A DNA stretch of 63,518 nucleotides, filler included, from Neoconidiobolus thromboides FSU 785 (lineage: Eukaryota > Fungi > Entomophthoromycota), in assembly GCA_025603075.1 (NCBI GenBank). It is 7 parts of 7 records of this genome, joined end to end, with 100 filler letters (N's around TTAATTAATTAA, not from the genome) between each part and the next. Parts side by side here need not be neighbours in the genome. Positions count along the whole stretch, not along the records: positions 1 to 22,333 come from MU626535.1; 6 more parts are not named here. One strand, 5' to 3'. How positions within the stretch are numbered: position 1 is the first letter of the stretch; each line of letters begins with the position of its first letter. Made by a program: the position numbers and the translations under genes. Below the pieces are notes generated by a model. The model worked only from the letters and a program-made list of their open reading frames with translations, did no database searches and was not told the DNA's origin. Positions 1-12,153 of this stretch are shown piece after piece.

Positions 1-717
1 AAATTGAGCACATGAAATAATAGTTTGTTTCTTTTCAATACCAGCAATAAGTACTTTTATTTCAGTTAATGGATTATCAACTTCATTTATTGTACTATCT
101 TTATTATCTGATTTAAATATTATTTCAAATGACATATCAACTAAATTAAGTAAAAGTTCATTTTCTTCTTTTGAAAATTTCACTGGTTTAGGTATTAATT
201 GTAATATTGGATAGTATAATAAAATCAATGAAGTATTAACTAATAATTGGAAATAATTATAAACATTTAATTGAGTGTTCTTGTTTACTATTTTATTATT
301 GTTCAATTCCAAATTTAAACTCATTAATATTGTATTCTGTTGATTAAACTCAGATGATGACAACTTTACCTCTTCATTTTTTATTATTGATATTAACTCT
401 TTTTTTTTGTGTTTAATGTTTAAGGTATGTTGGATAATAAATAAATTAATAGCTACAACCTTCTTAAGAAATATTTGATGTCTTTCATATTTTGTGTTCT
501 CTTCACTTTGTCCAACTTCCAAAAAGCGACATTCTCCAATATTTAAATAAGGTACTAAATCCACTTGATCAATATCAAATTTATATGCTGAAAAATTAAG
601 TATAACACTAATATAAATAATATACAATGTGTACAAAACATTCCATAAGCTATTACTTTAATAAGTTAATTTACGATTCAATTCCATTTCCTTATTTTTG
701 AGATTCAACCCTAACAT
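1..717 (-). CDS. 5' part of a multi-exon protein-coding gene of unknown function, running off the left window edge
   Basis: Manual reverse translation gives MLGLNLKNKEMELN / intron GTAAATT...TTTTCAG / YKFDIDQVDLVPYLNIGECRFLEVGQSEENTKYERHQIFLKK / intron / an open frame of ~130 codons (ELISIIKNEEV...IISCAQF) to base 1. The start codon is uncertain. Confidence 0.55.
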
Positions 718-2005
718 CTTTGTTATCTTAACCGCACCAAAAAAAGCATTTTATTGTCAATTTATAATTACAGTAATACAATCCTAAACAACTTTAAAAA
801 CCCAAAGCAATTAAATTATTATAGCTTGGTTTTACAAGTGCTTCAGGCAACAACGATCAAATATTTCTTAAACTATTAAAACAAATGAGATTATAAATGG
901 AACTTGTCGAGGGCAGAATGAATTTAACTATTAATAAAAAAACAAATAGAGGTAATTCATAATTCTTTCTTTGAGCTATCAAGAGATTGTGCTTCGATTA
1001 AGCCATTGATCCCCAGGATCAAAAAGAGTTGGTATGAGGTTCATATCAAATTCTAAAAACTTTCCAATATCTTATATGTTAGTGATAGTATTATACTTCC
1101 TATTGATGATAGAAGTGTTAGAGGTAATATATACATTTATTTGATATTATATTTGAATTTAAAATAGTTTAATTCTTTTTATTATCTCCAATTCGTTCAC
1201 TTACTAAATTCTATTATTATAATGAGACAATTATTCACTGACCCAATTTAAATAATCTAATACTTATTTAAAATTAAAATTAAACATACTAGAACTAATT
1301 CTATTCAGTTGAATGTCACCAATACTTTTAATAAAATGAGTATAAATGTTAATCGTTAATGTTAATTTTGCAATTTTTCGTTTAATTTGATCGGGTTGAC
1401 TTGTTCTTCTTTTAATTACTATACCCTTATTCGTTGTATAAAATAAAATAAAAAAAGCTGATATTTTATTCAATGAAAGTATTTATATTTTATTTGTTAC
1501 TAAAAACCTAGTAGAAATGTTCGGTGAAATTAGATACATACCACATCAAATTTAAGTGACATATAGGGCAATTAATTTTAGTATCTTAAAGTTATTATTT
1601 CTAAATTAAAATATTAAATTTAATTACCCTACATGTCATTTAAATTTAATGTGCTATAGGATTGGTTAATATTGAGTTTAAGTTCGAAAATTTGGAGTAT
1701 AATCTAAAAGAATGATAAAATAGTTTTGCATAAATTTAGTCGAAAAAACTAAAATTAAAATTTTAACTAAAAAATAGTAAATAGAGTTGCTCACTTGTTT
1801 GGAAGTGTATTTTATAATAAACATTTAGAAGCATTTAATTACTATTATCTAACGACTTGATTTAAACATTAAAAATTATTGAATCTTTATGATTACAAAT
1901 ATTATCTGAGTTAATAAACTAAGTTACTACTAATACGAAGGATTAATGGTGTAATCAAAATGATCAAAAAGTGATTGGAATTTTTTAACTCACCAAATTT
2001 TAATG

Positions 2006-2100
2006 AAAATGAGGTCATTTTGAGGTCATTTTTTCAAAGCTAGTCATTATTACGTCGTATTTCAACCTTAGAATTAAGAAATTTAAGAAAGTATATAAAT
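2006..2100 (+). promoter_or_regulatory. Candidate promoter of the CsbD-repeat gene: tandem TGAGGTCATTT (CRE-like), TTACGTC, TATA box
   Basis: AAAATGA-GG-TCATTTT palindrome (2006-2021) overlaps a direct repeat of TGAGGTCATTT (2010-2031). TTACGTC lies at 2050-2056 and TATATAAA at ~2092-2099, about 70 nt before the ATG. Confidence 0.35.
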
Positions 2101-2169
2101 AAGAGATCAGAAACTTTATTCTAATCAAAATAAAAAATCATCTTATAATCAAAAATCAATAAATCAAAA

Positions 2170-2961
2170 ATGAGTTTAGGACCATCCAAAATAACCGCTG
2201 GATTAAATAATGCTGCTGGTACTGTGAAAGAAAACGTAGGCCATGCCTTTGGTAATGAATCTTTGGAAGCTAGCGGAATTGCTCAACAAGCTGAAGGCAG
2301 TGCTGAACTTAAAGCAGCTAATGCTGAAAAGGAAGCTGAAAAAAAAGAAGAAAGTAAAGAACCATCTAAAATCACCGCTAATGTAAACTATGTTGTTGGT
2401 GCCGTTAAAGAAAATGTAGGTCATGTATTAGGAAATGAATCATTAAAGGCCACTGGATTAGCACAAAAAGCCAAAGGAGATGCGGAATATAAAGCAGCTG
2501 AACCAAACAAATTAAATGCCAATGTTAATTATGCCGTTGGTGTTGTTAAAGAAAATGTTGGCCACGTGTTAGGAAATAAATCTCTTGAAGCTACTGGTGC
2601 TGCTCAAAAAGCAGAAGGCAGTGCTGAAGCTAAAGCAGTTGATGTTGAAAATAGTACTGGTGAACCATCCAAAATCAACGCTAATTTAAATTACGCTATT
2701 GGTGCAGTAAAAGAAAATGTTGGTCATGCTTTAGGTAACAAATCATTAGAATCAAGTGGGGCAGCTCAAAAGGCTAAGGGAGATGCTGAATTTAAAGCGG
2801 CTGAAGCTTTAGCTTATGGTGAAGGTGTTAAAGATAACTTGAAAGGAAATGTTAAAGATACTGTTGGTTCAGCTATTGGTAATGAACAAATGCAAGCGGA
2901 AGGTAAAGCTTTGAAGCTTGAAGGGGATCTTAAAAAGGAAATTAACTCTCATAATTTGTAA
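2170..2961 (+). CDS. CsbD/Hmp1-like (LEA-type stress) repeat protein, five CsbD-like units, 263 aa
   Basis: Intronless ORF with four copies of PSKIxAxxNYAVGAVKENVGHxLGNxSLxAxGxAQKAxGxAExKA, then a terminal unit (YGEGVKDNLKGNVKDTVGSAIGNEQMQAEG) typical of fungal CsbD/Hmp1 proteins. Confidence 0.85.
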   Translation: MSLGPSKITAGLNNAAGTVKENVGHAFGNESLEASGIAQQAEGSAELKAANAEKEAEKKEESKEPSKITANVNYVVGAVKENVGHVLGNESLKATGLAQKAKGDAEYKAAEPNKLNANVNYAVGVVKENVGHVLGNKSLEATGAAQKAEGSAEAKAVDVENSTGEPSKINANLNYAIGAVKENVGHALGNKSLESSGAAQKAKGDAEFKAAEALAYGEGVKDNLKGNVKDTVGSAIGNEQMQAEGKALKLEGDLKKEINSHNL

Positions 2962-3377
2962 ATATTAATAAAATTGTTCTAATTATTATATTAATATTTT
3001 AATGCACTTGAATTTCATTTAAAGTTATATAGCTCAATTATTTCTAAAATAGTATATTAATATTTTACATTATTACTGTTTACAGCTCAGAGTACAAAAT
3101 AAGATTAAGTTTATTTTTAAAATCAATATGGTTTATGTACGCTATTGATACCAAAAATGTGTTAGTAAAAGTGATATTGTGATAAATTTTATTTTTTCAT
3201 TATACTTTTATAAACAATTTAAAGTTTTTAAAGATATTTGAAATTGTAATATCAGTTACTTATGAAGCATAAAGAATAAAAAAATTTTAATGAAAATTTA
3301 AACACCACTGACTGAATGCTTAACATACTATTTTCAAAAAAAAGATAATCATATCAATATTTTTTATTTCTGATAAT

Positions 3378-3482
3378 ATATGGGAGTGTTTTTTTTGACT
3401 TCATTATTTTTTCCATTTTTTAAGCATTATTTAAGCGGAAAATTTGTTAGTAAAATTCTTACACAAAAATACATCCCCATAT
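3378..3482 (-). mobile_element. MITE family A copy
   Basis: ATATGGGAGTG...ACATCCCCATAT, reverse complement of the ~105-bp consensus TGGGGATGTATTTTTGTGTTTAAGAATTTTACTAACAAATTTTCCGCTTAAATAGCGCTTAAAAAATGGAAAAAATAATGAAGTCAAAAAAAACACTCCCCA. Confidence 0.9.
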
Positions 3483-3870
3483 ATTATTAGCAACTAAAAA
3501 TAGACAAAATAATAAGCCCTCTGACGCCTATTAATTTGACTACCTGTCATCAGCAATAAAAAATAATATCAGTAATCTAAAATCACTTTTTATAGCTAAA
3601 TTCCTTGCCTAAAATCCTCTATTAAATAATCAATCATATTATTTACCAGCAAAAACTCTTTAGAAAAGGTGTCTGTTTAAACTAAACTATAGTTTATATA
3701 ATTGTCTTGAAAAACGGAGTTAGGGAACCTTTAATTGTTGATCAATATCCCTAAGTTGGGGCATTGCAATCGTATGATCATTTAATGATTTTTAATTGAT
3801 GAACATGCCTTAGGGCATCAAAATTTGATGCGACTATTAAGACCATTAAAATATGAATTGAAATAGTACC

Positions 3871-3973
3871 ATATGGGGGTGTTATTTTTGACTTCATTAC
3901 TTTTTCCATTTTTAAGCATTATTTAAGCGGAAAATTTGCTAGTAAGATTCTAAACAAAAATACGTCCTCATAT
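3871..3973 (-). mobile_element. MITE family A copy
   Basis: ATATGGGGGTG...TACGTCCTCATAT. Shares the variant core TAAGCATTATTTAAGCGGAAAATTTG with the 3378 copy. Confidence 0.9.
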
Positions 3974-4674
3974 AATTCAGGCTTTTTATTAAGTTTTTTA
4001 AGTGGAAACTTGACTGGGTTATCGAAAGTATAAATTCTAGATGGTCAAATAGCTTACAACTAGATGCCTTTTGTTGTTTTTAATTTATAGTCAATATTCT
4101 CTAATATGAATTTAAGAAATAAGGAAAGCTGTGGCTTTAATCTGTATTAGAAAAAATCGACCACAAACTAAATAATAAAAGACGTTTAGTTGCAAGTTAT
4201 TCTAACCACTTAAGTAGCGTAGATGGAACAATACCTGCTAAATTTTCGTAAACTAAATTGAATTTAGAATCATGTAAGCAATGCTCATTACAATTCAAAA
4301 AAATCTGAACATCACTCTCACAATCTAAATTGACTTAACCCTTCGTATATTAAGTTTCAAAAAAAACTGATACGACTAGTATAAAATCGATTTGAAATCA
4401 TGGTCCCAGTCGAATAGAATTTTTTAATACACTCAATGCTCAAAAGGGTTATGGATTTGGGCTTATTCAAACTACAGTTTAAAAAGCCCATTTTGATGAA
4501 TTCAATCTAAGCTTTGGGTTAAAATTCAAACATGAATTAATAGTGTTTGGCTTGAGGTGAACTATTGATTTTATAAAGTCCTGCTATAATAGTTTTAAAA
4601 CAAAATTATTTTAAAAATAAAAAACGTTAAATCATAAAAAATTAAATACTTTTAATATACATGAATAATAATGA

Positions 4675-7239
4675 TTAATTTCTATCCAAATCATCTGAAG
4701 AGATTTCTGGCTCACTACCAAATTGACTCGAATGTGCTGAATCCTCTGTATTTTGAGAAAGCGGAGAACGGGACATACCAGTAGGTAAAGTATTAACATT
4801 AGATTCAATAGCTACAGTTGAATGATTATTAACACTCAAATGACGTACTGAAGAATTAGTTGATGTTGGGGCAGAAGAGTAAACAGACAAACGACTAGCA
4901 AAGCTATTTGGGTCTAAAATTGTTGTATGTTTGGTGGAGGTTAACTTTTCCATTCTGGACAAAGAATTGAGATCTAAACTTGAGTTGGAGAAGGAAGGAT
5001 TATGTTTATGGTATTTACCATAAATGTATTTTTCATCAATACGGTTGATTGGGCTATTGGTTTCTTCACTTTGAATTACTATGTTGATATCACCTTCACT
5101 AATACTGCTCACTTCACTATCAATATTACTTAAGTTTCTTTTGTGATTAGCTAATACACCAGGATAAATTAAATCAGTAAAATATTCCCCACCACCTAAA
5201 ATTTCGACTTCATAAGGGAAAGGTAAAATCTTTTTAAGTGGCATAGCTCCATTTTCCGCTTTTTCATTTAAATAAGCTGAATTTTCTACTTTAGTGCTTT
5301 CACTCAATAAATTATGATTTAAAATCTTATAACGTTGTTTCATTTGCTTCAATAATTTTTTAGATCTTTTAATGGATTGTTGACGACGTTTCATCAATTC
5401 TTGCATTTTTTGTTTATGATCAATTTCTTCCTTAGCATCAGTTCTTGGACCTCCCCAACTACGAGTATCCCAAGTGAAAATGGAATAGATAGTACACCAC
5501 ATTTTAAAAATTGGATTGATAATAAAGAAGATTGGAAAAGAGATAAAAATTTTGGTACGATTCATAAAACTAGCATTAATACTTAATAATAAATATTTCA
5601 ATATTAAACATGGAAAGAACACACACATAGTCCAAATAGGTACAACTCCTTTGATAACACCAACGATATAAACCATAAATAACCAAGATAAAGAACCAGA
5701 AGCATAATCAAATAATTTCAAAAGTAACAAGATAGGCATCACTTTCCATAATCTGGGGGTACATAACATATGAGCCTCATTGATAAGAGCACCAAGGTAC
5801 CACCTTCTACGTTGTTTTACTAACTTTTGCCAAGTATCTGGGGCATCCGTTTTACATCTAGAAGCACCACATAAACCAATAGTATGAGCATGTTGAGAAT
5901 TTTCCATTAATAAATGAGTCATATAACGATCTTCACCTAAATAATAACGATGGAAGTTTAATGGTTTTCTTTTATCAAAATCAATAAAATATTGATCTGA
6001 AACTGATCGCATAGCTTGTAAACGTAACATAGTAAGAGCCCCCGGTAAACAGGTTACTGAACCTGCTAAAGCCTCTAATGAACGGGCAAACATTTGACCT
6101 TCTAAATATTCAGCATCTTGTAAATAATGTAATAAATTAGGTTTATCCGAAGTACGACAAGTAATATAACCAGTACAAGCATTCATCTTTGGATGATTAA
6201 CCATAGTAGAAACAAAGTTATATAAGGCATTATCATGTAAAATGACATCGGAGTCGATATACATTAATAAAGTGTTATCAATGGATCTTTGAGATGTACC
6301 ATACATCTCATTAATGATTTTAAATCCTTTACCTTGGGTAGCGGATTTACCTTCATGTGGAAAACGACAAATGGTTACCCTTACACCTTCCACAGTTAAT
6401 TCTAAACGTGGTGGAAATAAGAAAAGAGAATCTTTATCTTGTTCAGTTGTATTAATTTTTTCAAATTCCTGTTCCCATTCCATTTGGACGTTCTTATTTA
6501 AAACCTTTAATTTCTTTAATAAAGACCAATATAAGGAAGATTCACTAGCATCATCAAAAGCTAATAATAAATGTAATTTTTCTGGTGGATAATCAGAACG
6601 AATAGCAGACTCTACTGCACGAAATAAAGGTAACTCATCTTCATTATAAATTGGCATCATGATCACTACATTTGGTATCTCTTTTGTTTCTGGGTTAATG
6701 ATACCGCCTTTCAATTTTTTTCCTGAAAAGCCAAACTTAATAACAAAATAAAGTGAAGCGATTACAGGTAAATTAAAGAATACAATGTAGGAGATGGTAC
6801 AAGCATAAAAGGAAATTTCAATCAATAATTCAGGAAATTTGGGTGCCCAATCGTAAGGGATAGCATTCAAAATAAGTGGGATAAACACTAATCTTATGCC
6901 TATGAATAATAGGATGATAAGAGTTCCTAAGATGATTTTACCACCTCGGGAGTTTAATACTACGAAACAGAAGACATATAAGAATAAAAGGGTATAGATT
7001 AGATAATCGATCATGGCTAAGATCAAAAAAGCAAAGGTGGCAGCTTGAGCACCAATATCTCCATGTAATTTGTTACTATAGAATGGGGAATTACTAGACG
7101 AGTTGGTAGTTTCTGGATCATTGATTAAAATAGCGTTATTATTAGAAGTATCCTCTTGAGCATTTGAGAAAGTAATTAAGGAAACAAAGAGGAATAAAGT
7201 GATAATGAACAACTTCTTTAATATAATAGATAGTGACAT
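4675..7239 (-). CDS. Chitin synthase, GT2 Chitin_synth_2 domain only, ChsD-like (class VI / division 3), ~854 aa
   Basis: Motifs VVIMMPIYNE, YIDSD, LQDAEY, VTCLPGALTMLR, LGEDRYMTHL, KQRRRWYLG and WDTRSWGGPR. The layout matches my recollection of Aspergillus ChsD-type enzymes, with no myosin or cyt-b5 domain. First ATG at 7239 (the ORF track starts at a TTG, 7251). Intronless. Confidence 0.9.
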   Translation of the reverse strand: MSLSIILKKLFIITLFLFVSLITFSNAQEDTSNNNAILINDPETTNSSSNSPFYSNKLHGDIGAQAATFAFLILAMIDYLIYTLLFLYVFCFVVLNSRGGKIILGTLIILLFIGIRLVFIPLILNAIPYDWAPKFPELLIEISFYACTISYIVFFNLPVIASLYFVIKFGFSGKKLKGGIINPETKEIPNVVIMMPIYNEDELPLFRAVESAIRSDYPPEKLHLLLAFDDASESSLYWSLLKKLKVLNKNVQMEWEQEFEKINTTEQDKDSLFLFPPRLELTVEGVRVTICRFPHEGKSATQGKGFKIINEMYGTSQRSIDNTLLMYIDSDVILHDNALYNFVSTMVNHPKMNACTGYITCRTSDKPNLLHYLQDAEYLEGQMFARSLEALAGSVTCLPGALTMLRLQAMRSVSDQYFIDFDKRKPLNFHRYYLGEDRYMTHLLMENSQHAHTIGLCGASRCKTDAPDTWQKLVKQRRRWYLGALINEAHMLCTPRLWKVMPILLLLKLFDYASGSLSWLFMVYIVGVIKGVVPIWTMCVFFPCLILKYLLLSINASFMNRTKIFISFPIFFIINPIFKMWCTIYSIFTWDTRSWGGPRTDAKEEIDHKQKMQELMKRRQQSIKRSKKLLKQMKQRYKILNHNLLSESTKVENSAYLNEKAENGAMPLKKILPFPYEVEILGGGEYFTDLIYPGVLANHKRNLSNIDSEVSSISEGDINIVIQSEETNSPINRIDEKYIYGKYHKHNPSFSNSSLDLNSLSRMEKLTSTKHTTILDPNSFASRLSVYSSAPTSTNSSVRHLSVNNHSTVAIESNVNTLPTGMSRSPLSQNTEDSAHSSQFGSEPEISSDDLDRN

Positions 7240-9901
7240 TTTAAGAATCAAAAAAATTGAATTGTTGAACTAAATATAAAACCCTTGTTTAAATACTTTT
7301 TTTTAACTATAATGCAAGCGCTATATTATTTTTTTTTTCTATTGTTGTCTATATATGGATATACGAAATTAATTACTCTATTTTTAAATAATATTCAGGT
7401 TGATTGGTGGATAAATTTGTATTTCTGATAATTAGAGTGCTTTAATAAGCCTATTTTTAGATTTACTTGCTCAACAATTTTAAATAGGGGTTAAAATAAA
7501 ATTTATAAATAGTGTCAGCAGCTCAGGGTACGTGGGGCTTTCTTTTAAAATTGAAAAGCTAAGGAATGATCTGATCACTGTTTTAACTAAGTTGTAAAAT
7601 TTCAGTAATTAACTGACTTTTTCTTTTTATTTATACTATTATCATTTAATGTCTTTAATTTTCAAAAAATTAATTGGCCTGCAAATGTCGTGGTTAAGTT
7701 AAAGGCTGGGCTACATTAGCTTAATTATTTGTTGAATAATAATTATGCCTTGGTGATCTCTTTAGCTTTTTATGCACAAAGATTAAGTTTAATTTTTTTG
7801 TATTAAATTTATGTCAGACTGTTTCAAAAAGGTTTGGAATAATACTTTATTTATGTTTTTGTCCTCTATGTCTTAATATCTATTTTTATATTAATATTTA
7901 TTTACATGTCTTCGTCTATTTACATTAACTTATATTTTCATTTTCTTTTCAATAGAAATTTAGCTTAATTTTAATTGAAATTTTCTTTTTTAAAATAGCT
8001 CAATTTTTTCATGCTTAACCTCTGACTATTAACAAGTTTTTTAGACCCACCTATTAAAATTTCAGTTTGACATCATCAATTAGCGAAAAATACTATTCAC
8101 TTTTAAGTTCCACTTCGAATAATAAGTAGTCAAACTAGCTTACTCATACACAGATAAGATAAAACTACAAAAATCGCCATATTCCATTGGTGGTAATCTT
8201 GTTAAATATATTAATGAAAACATAGAACTGTTTATTTGTGTAAGTTTTTTGGTATTCAAATGCAAGTCCTGTGGCACATTATGTAACTTTTTATTGAATA
8301 AGAATGGAAAGTTCATTTTTCATTAATTTTTTATTGATCATTTTTTAGTCAACATAAAATTCCAAAATACTCTTGTTTAATATTAAGACAAAAGAGCAGT
8401 TAATTATGAATTTTTACTAAATTTAAAAAAAGTTTGTAACAAAACAAAACCCTCTTCCGTAGAAAGTTTCAAGATTAAAATTTTTTTAAACAAAAAGAAT
8501 ATATTTTGTATCAATTAAAAAAAAAGAATAACCCACCTCTTCTTTAAAAAAATACAAGCGACCTCCTCTTTTTCTTCTTTTAAAGCATAGTTTCTATTTC
8601 TCTGGCTTAGATGTAAAACTGACTTAGAAAAAACTCAAAGATGGACCACAAAAATTAAAAATTGTACAGCGTTCAACTAACATTCACAGAATTAATTATA
8701 AAAATTTTAAAATTAGGCCATTTTTGTAAGTTTGTGGCTACTTTTTAAGCTAAAAACTTGGCCTAGAATTTAAGTAAGATTAGTTCACCTTTAAACTGTA
8801 TAAAAGTAGTGTAAAAATTAGTACAAAAAATCAATACAAACTTTTCTACCGAGTACAATATCCTTAGACTAGAACCCAGCTCTCCCGAACTCGCATACTT
8901 TCCTATAATAGGGTAAATGATTTTATTCTTTTCCTTACCCATCCTATTTTTTTTGTTTATCTGCTCTTACTTTCTGTGTTTATTTGCCTCCAGAAATAAG
9001 ACAACTCAGAATTGAAAAACTAATTTTTTTAAAAATTGAGGAGACTGTTCTAGCATATTTGACCTGCAAAAACAAGGAAAAGAAACACTTGTAATAATAC
9101 ATTTGTTTCATTATTATTTTTACACCAAAATTAGTTTTTAAGTGTAAGTATTTCTAAACTATTTGAAAAATAGAGACTTGGTTCCAGTTGTAATGTTATA
9201 AATTGATTTTTTCAATCTCCTTACTATATTTCTAGTACCTTAAGTCTAACTTTAATTTATTACACTCTATCTTGGATACTAATATGCTTGTTTGGTCTAA
9301 GATTCAAGAGATTTACTTAGTACAACTATCTTTTATATTAATTATTTAATTGATTAAAAAGATAAATTTCGAAACTACTGACCATTTGATCATAATTGAA
9401 ACCATAACCAAGCCTTGATTAATTGACCGACATTTATTTAATAATATTCAAATAAAACATGCTTTTGAGTTTAAATCTTTTTTTAAAGCTTATATATTTT
9501 AGCTCAATTATAAATAAAGCTATTGGTCAACTACACACAACGAAGTGTTCATACAAATATTATAAATAATAATAGCAATATGATATCTCAATTTTCTGGT
9601 TGAATTTTTAAATTAATTACTTTAAATTACTGAAGGATGTTTAATACTACTCGACTCATTCTTCAACTTCAAATGATGAGTATGGATAGTTAATTTTCTA
9701 ACTTGAAGTGTAGAATTAATAACATTAAATAATGGTTCTTTTAAAATACATAAAGACACTACACTTTGGATATGAGGTAGAATAGATTAAGATGATATCA
9801 GTATTATTTAAATAGTTTATGCACTTATTCAATCGTTATATTAACTGAAAAAATTCAATTAGTATTATATTAGTGATCTATCGTTAGAGTAATAAAAAAT
9901 G

Positions 9902-10005
9902 ATATGGAGTATTTTTTGGTCTCATCATTTTTTCCATCTTTTAAGCGCTATTTAAGTGGAAAGATTTGCTAGTAAGATTTTTAAACACAAAAATACATCC
10001 CATAT
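9902..10005 (-). mobile_element. MITE family A copy
   Basis: ATATGGAGTATTTTTTGG...AATACATCCCATAT matches the reverse-complement consensus. Confidence 0.88.
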
Positions 10006-10101
10006 CTATAATAGTATTGATGAAGCAAATAGTCTTAGTAATTTATTAATAGTAGCAAATAAAACGGCAGAAAATCAAAAAATTGTAAGAAAAATACCTG
10101 A

Positions 10102-10175
10102 TGTTTCCGTCCAGATTCGAACTGGAGACCTTCTGTGTGTTAGACAGATGTGATAACCAACTACACCACGGAAAC
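10102..10175 (-). tRNA. tRNA-Val(AAC)
   Basis: Reverse complement GTTTCCGTGGTGTAGTTGGTTATCACATCTGTCTAACACACAGAAGGTCTCCAGTTCGAATCTGGACGGAAACA. Acceptor stem GTTTCCG/CGGAAAC, anticodon arm TCTGT-CTAACAC-ACAGA, T-loop GTTCGAA. Confidence 0.97.
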
Positions 10176-10494
10176 TTGGATCTTCTGGTTAGATTTTATT
10201 AAAGAGAATAATATTTATATAATTTGGATAAAATCGTATAATTATTTTTTTTAATTTGTTAAAAAATTGATTTATATGGTAATATAGATCATGTGCAAAA
10301 ATACAAAACGATGAATTCATTTAAAAAAAATATGACAACAAATTAAAATAAAAGTGAATAGCTAAATCCAACCTTATTTTAAAACACTAAAGAATTCTAT
10401 AAAAATCATTTAATAATTCTTTTGATAATAATATTAATAAAATAAATAACGTTAACTGCAATTAAAAAAATTATGATGAGAAACCTTTTTTATG

Positions 10495-10600
10495 ATATGG
10501 GGATGTATTTTTATGTTTAAGAATTTCGCTAACAATTTTTCCATTCAAACAGTGCTCAAAGATGGAAAAAATGATGAAGTCAAAAAAAACAGCCCCATAT
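10495..10600 (+). mobile_element. MITE family A copy
   Basis: ATATGGGGATGTATTTTTATGTTTAAGAATT...AAAACAGCCCCATAT. Confidence 0.9.
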
Positions 10601-12153
10601 AATGAAAACAATTATATTAACGTTTCATCTAAGAGTGGAGTCATATTTAAGCACTATTTTATTAAATAAAAATATTATTATTAACTAGATGACTATAACA
10701 TAGCAATAAGTATACCCTTTCAATACCTCTACTCAAGTAGCAACAATCAATATTAAATCCAGTACTATTAAAACTATCATTTTATTAAAGGATAATATCT
10801 TTGATAGAAAATTACCCTGATTTGAGTTTTTAGTAGAATACTTAGGATACTACACTGACGTTGATGACGATGTTCTAAACTAATTATAATTCTCTATTTT
10901 TAAATTAAATGACATCGTTTAATACTAATGTATGTGTTGATATATGTTAAGTAGATTTATTAGGTTGATTTAAAGGATAAAATAATACTCAGCTTAAAGT
11001 ATTTTTAATTTCTAGCAATTTCTTTAAACATGAGTTTTTAATAATTTAATTTTTATTGTTTCAAAAAAAAGTCACATTCAGCTTCTCGATTAAATAGAAT
11101 CTAAATAGAAATAAATTAGAATATTTTACTGCTTTTGACTATTAAAAAACAAGTTTTTAATAGTAACTTTAATACCTATTGAGAGATTAAGGGAGTATCA
11201 TATTTATTAATTGGAACTCTTTAAATAATAATAATACTTAAGCTGATATTTATTTTAAAATCATACATCATAGAACCTTGTTTATCATTATTTTTGTTTT
11301 TTATTTTTTTATACGATTGATTGAATTTTTTGTCATCTTTGTTATTTTATTTTTATTTTTAATGATAAAATAATAATATAATAATAATAATATAATACTT
11401 AGTATATTATATATTATTATTTTATTTTTTAAATTATAAAAATAACGAATTTCTTTAATTTTATCAACGTAGCGTAATAACTTAAAAATTTTAAATAATT
11501 TAATATTATTGTAAATTGATTAAGATAATTATTATTTTTATAACAACATTATCCATTTTTAAGGTAATAATGTATCAAGAATACTTAAATGTTACAGACA
11601 AAATGGATAAAAATAGTAATCTATATCTTTACGGTAGTTTTTTTTATTCAAGTTTTTTAAAGTAAAATAATAGTTTTGTATATTTTAGTTAATTTTAAGT
11701 TTAAAAATATAAGATTAAATCAAGTTTTATAGCTTATTTAATAACAAATTACTAACATTAAGAACTACTTTTATTACTATATTCATTGAGGTTTTCAAAT
11801 ATTATTAGATTCGACTACTATCTATCAATTTCTTTCATTTTGCTTTTACTATAACTTATCTTATATATATTATATCTTCTTTATCTCTATCTTTATTATT
11901 ATAAACTTAAATTACGAATAGTATTCTACTCAAGTTTAAATTTATTTCATAATCAAGATATAAACCAAATATAGACATTAAAAATTAAAAATGGTAATAA
12001 AGTTTTATCAGTATTTATAAAGAATAACTAAATCATCCATCAAACCTAATTTACCAATCAAATAAATTTTATGATTTGACTATCAATTTGCCTTATCAAT
12101 TTTCTCACTAATTGGATTTTTTTATCTTTTATAAATTGGAAATTCAATTTATA

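Noticed and set aside
2203-2424. Short antisense/overlapping track ORFs (e.g. 2203, 5377, 6314, 12658, 30727, 32291, 34874, 36481, 45024, 45052, 45867, 46135, 53701, 53765, 55259)
   Set aside because: Shadows of real genes on the opposite strand or another frame, or spanning N spacers; no independent coding signal.
3805-3831. Overlapping short palindromes (GCATCAAA-A-TTTGATGC)
   Set aside because: Single occurrence of an 8-bp arm in AT-rich DNA, with no associated feature.
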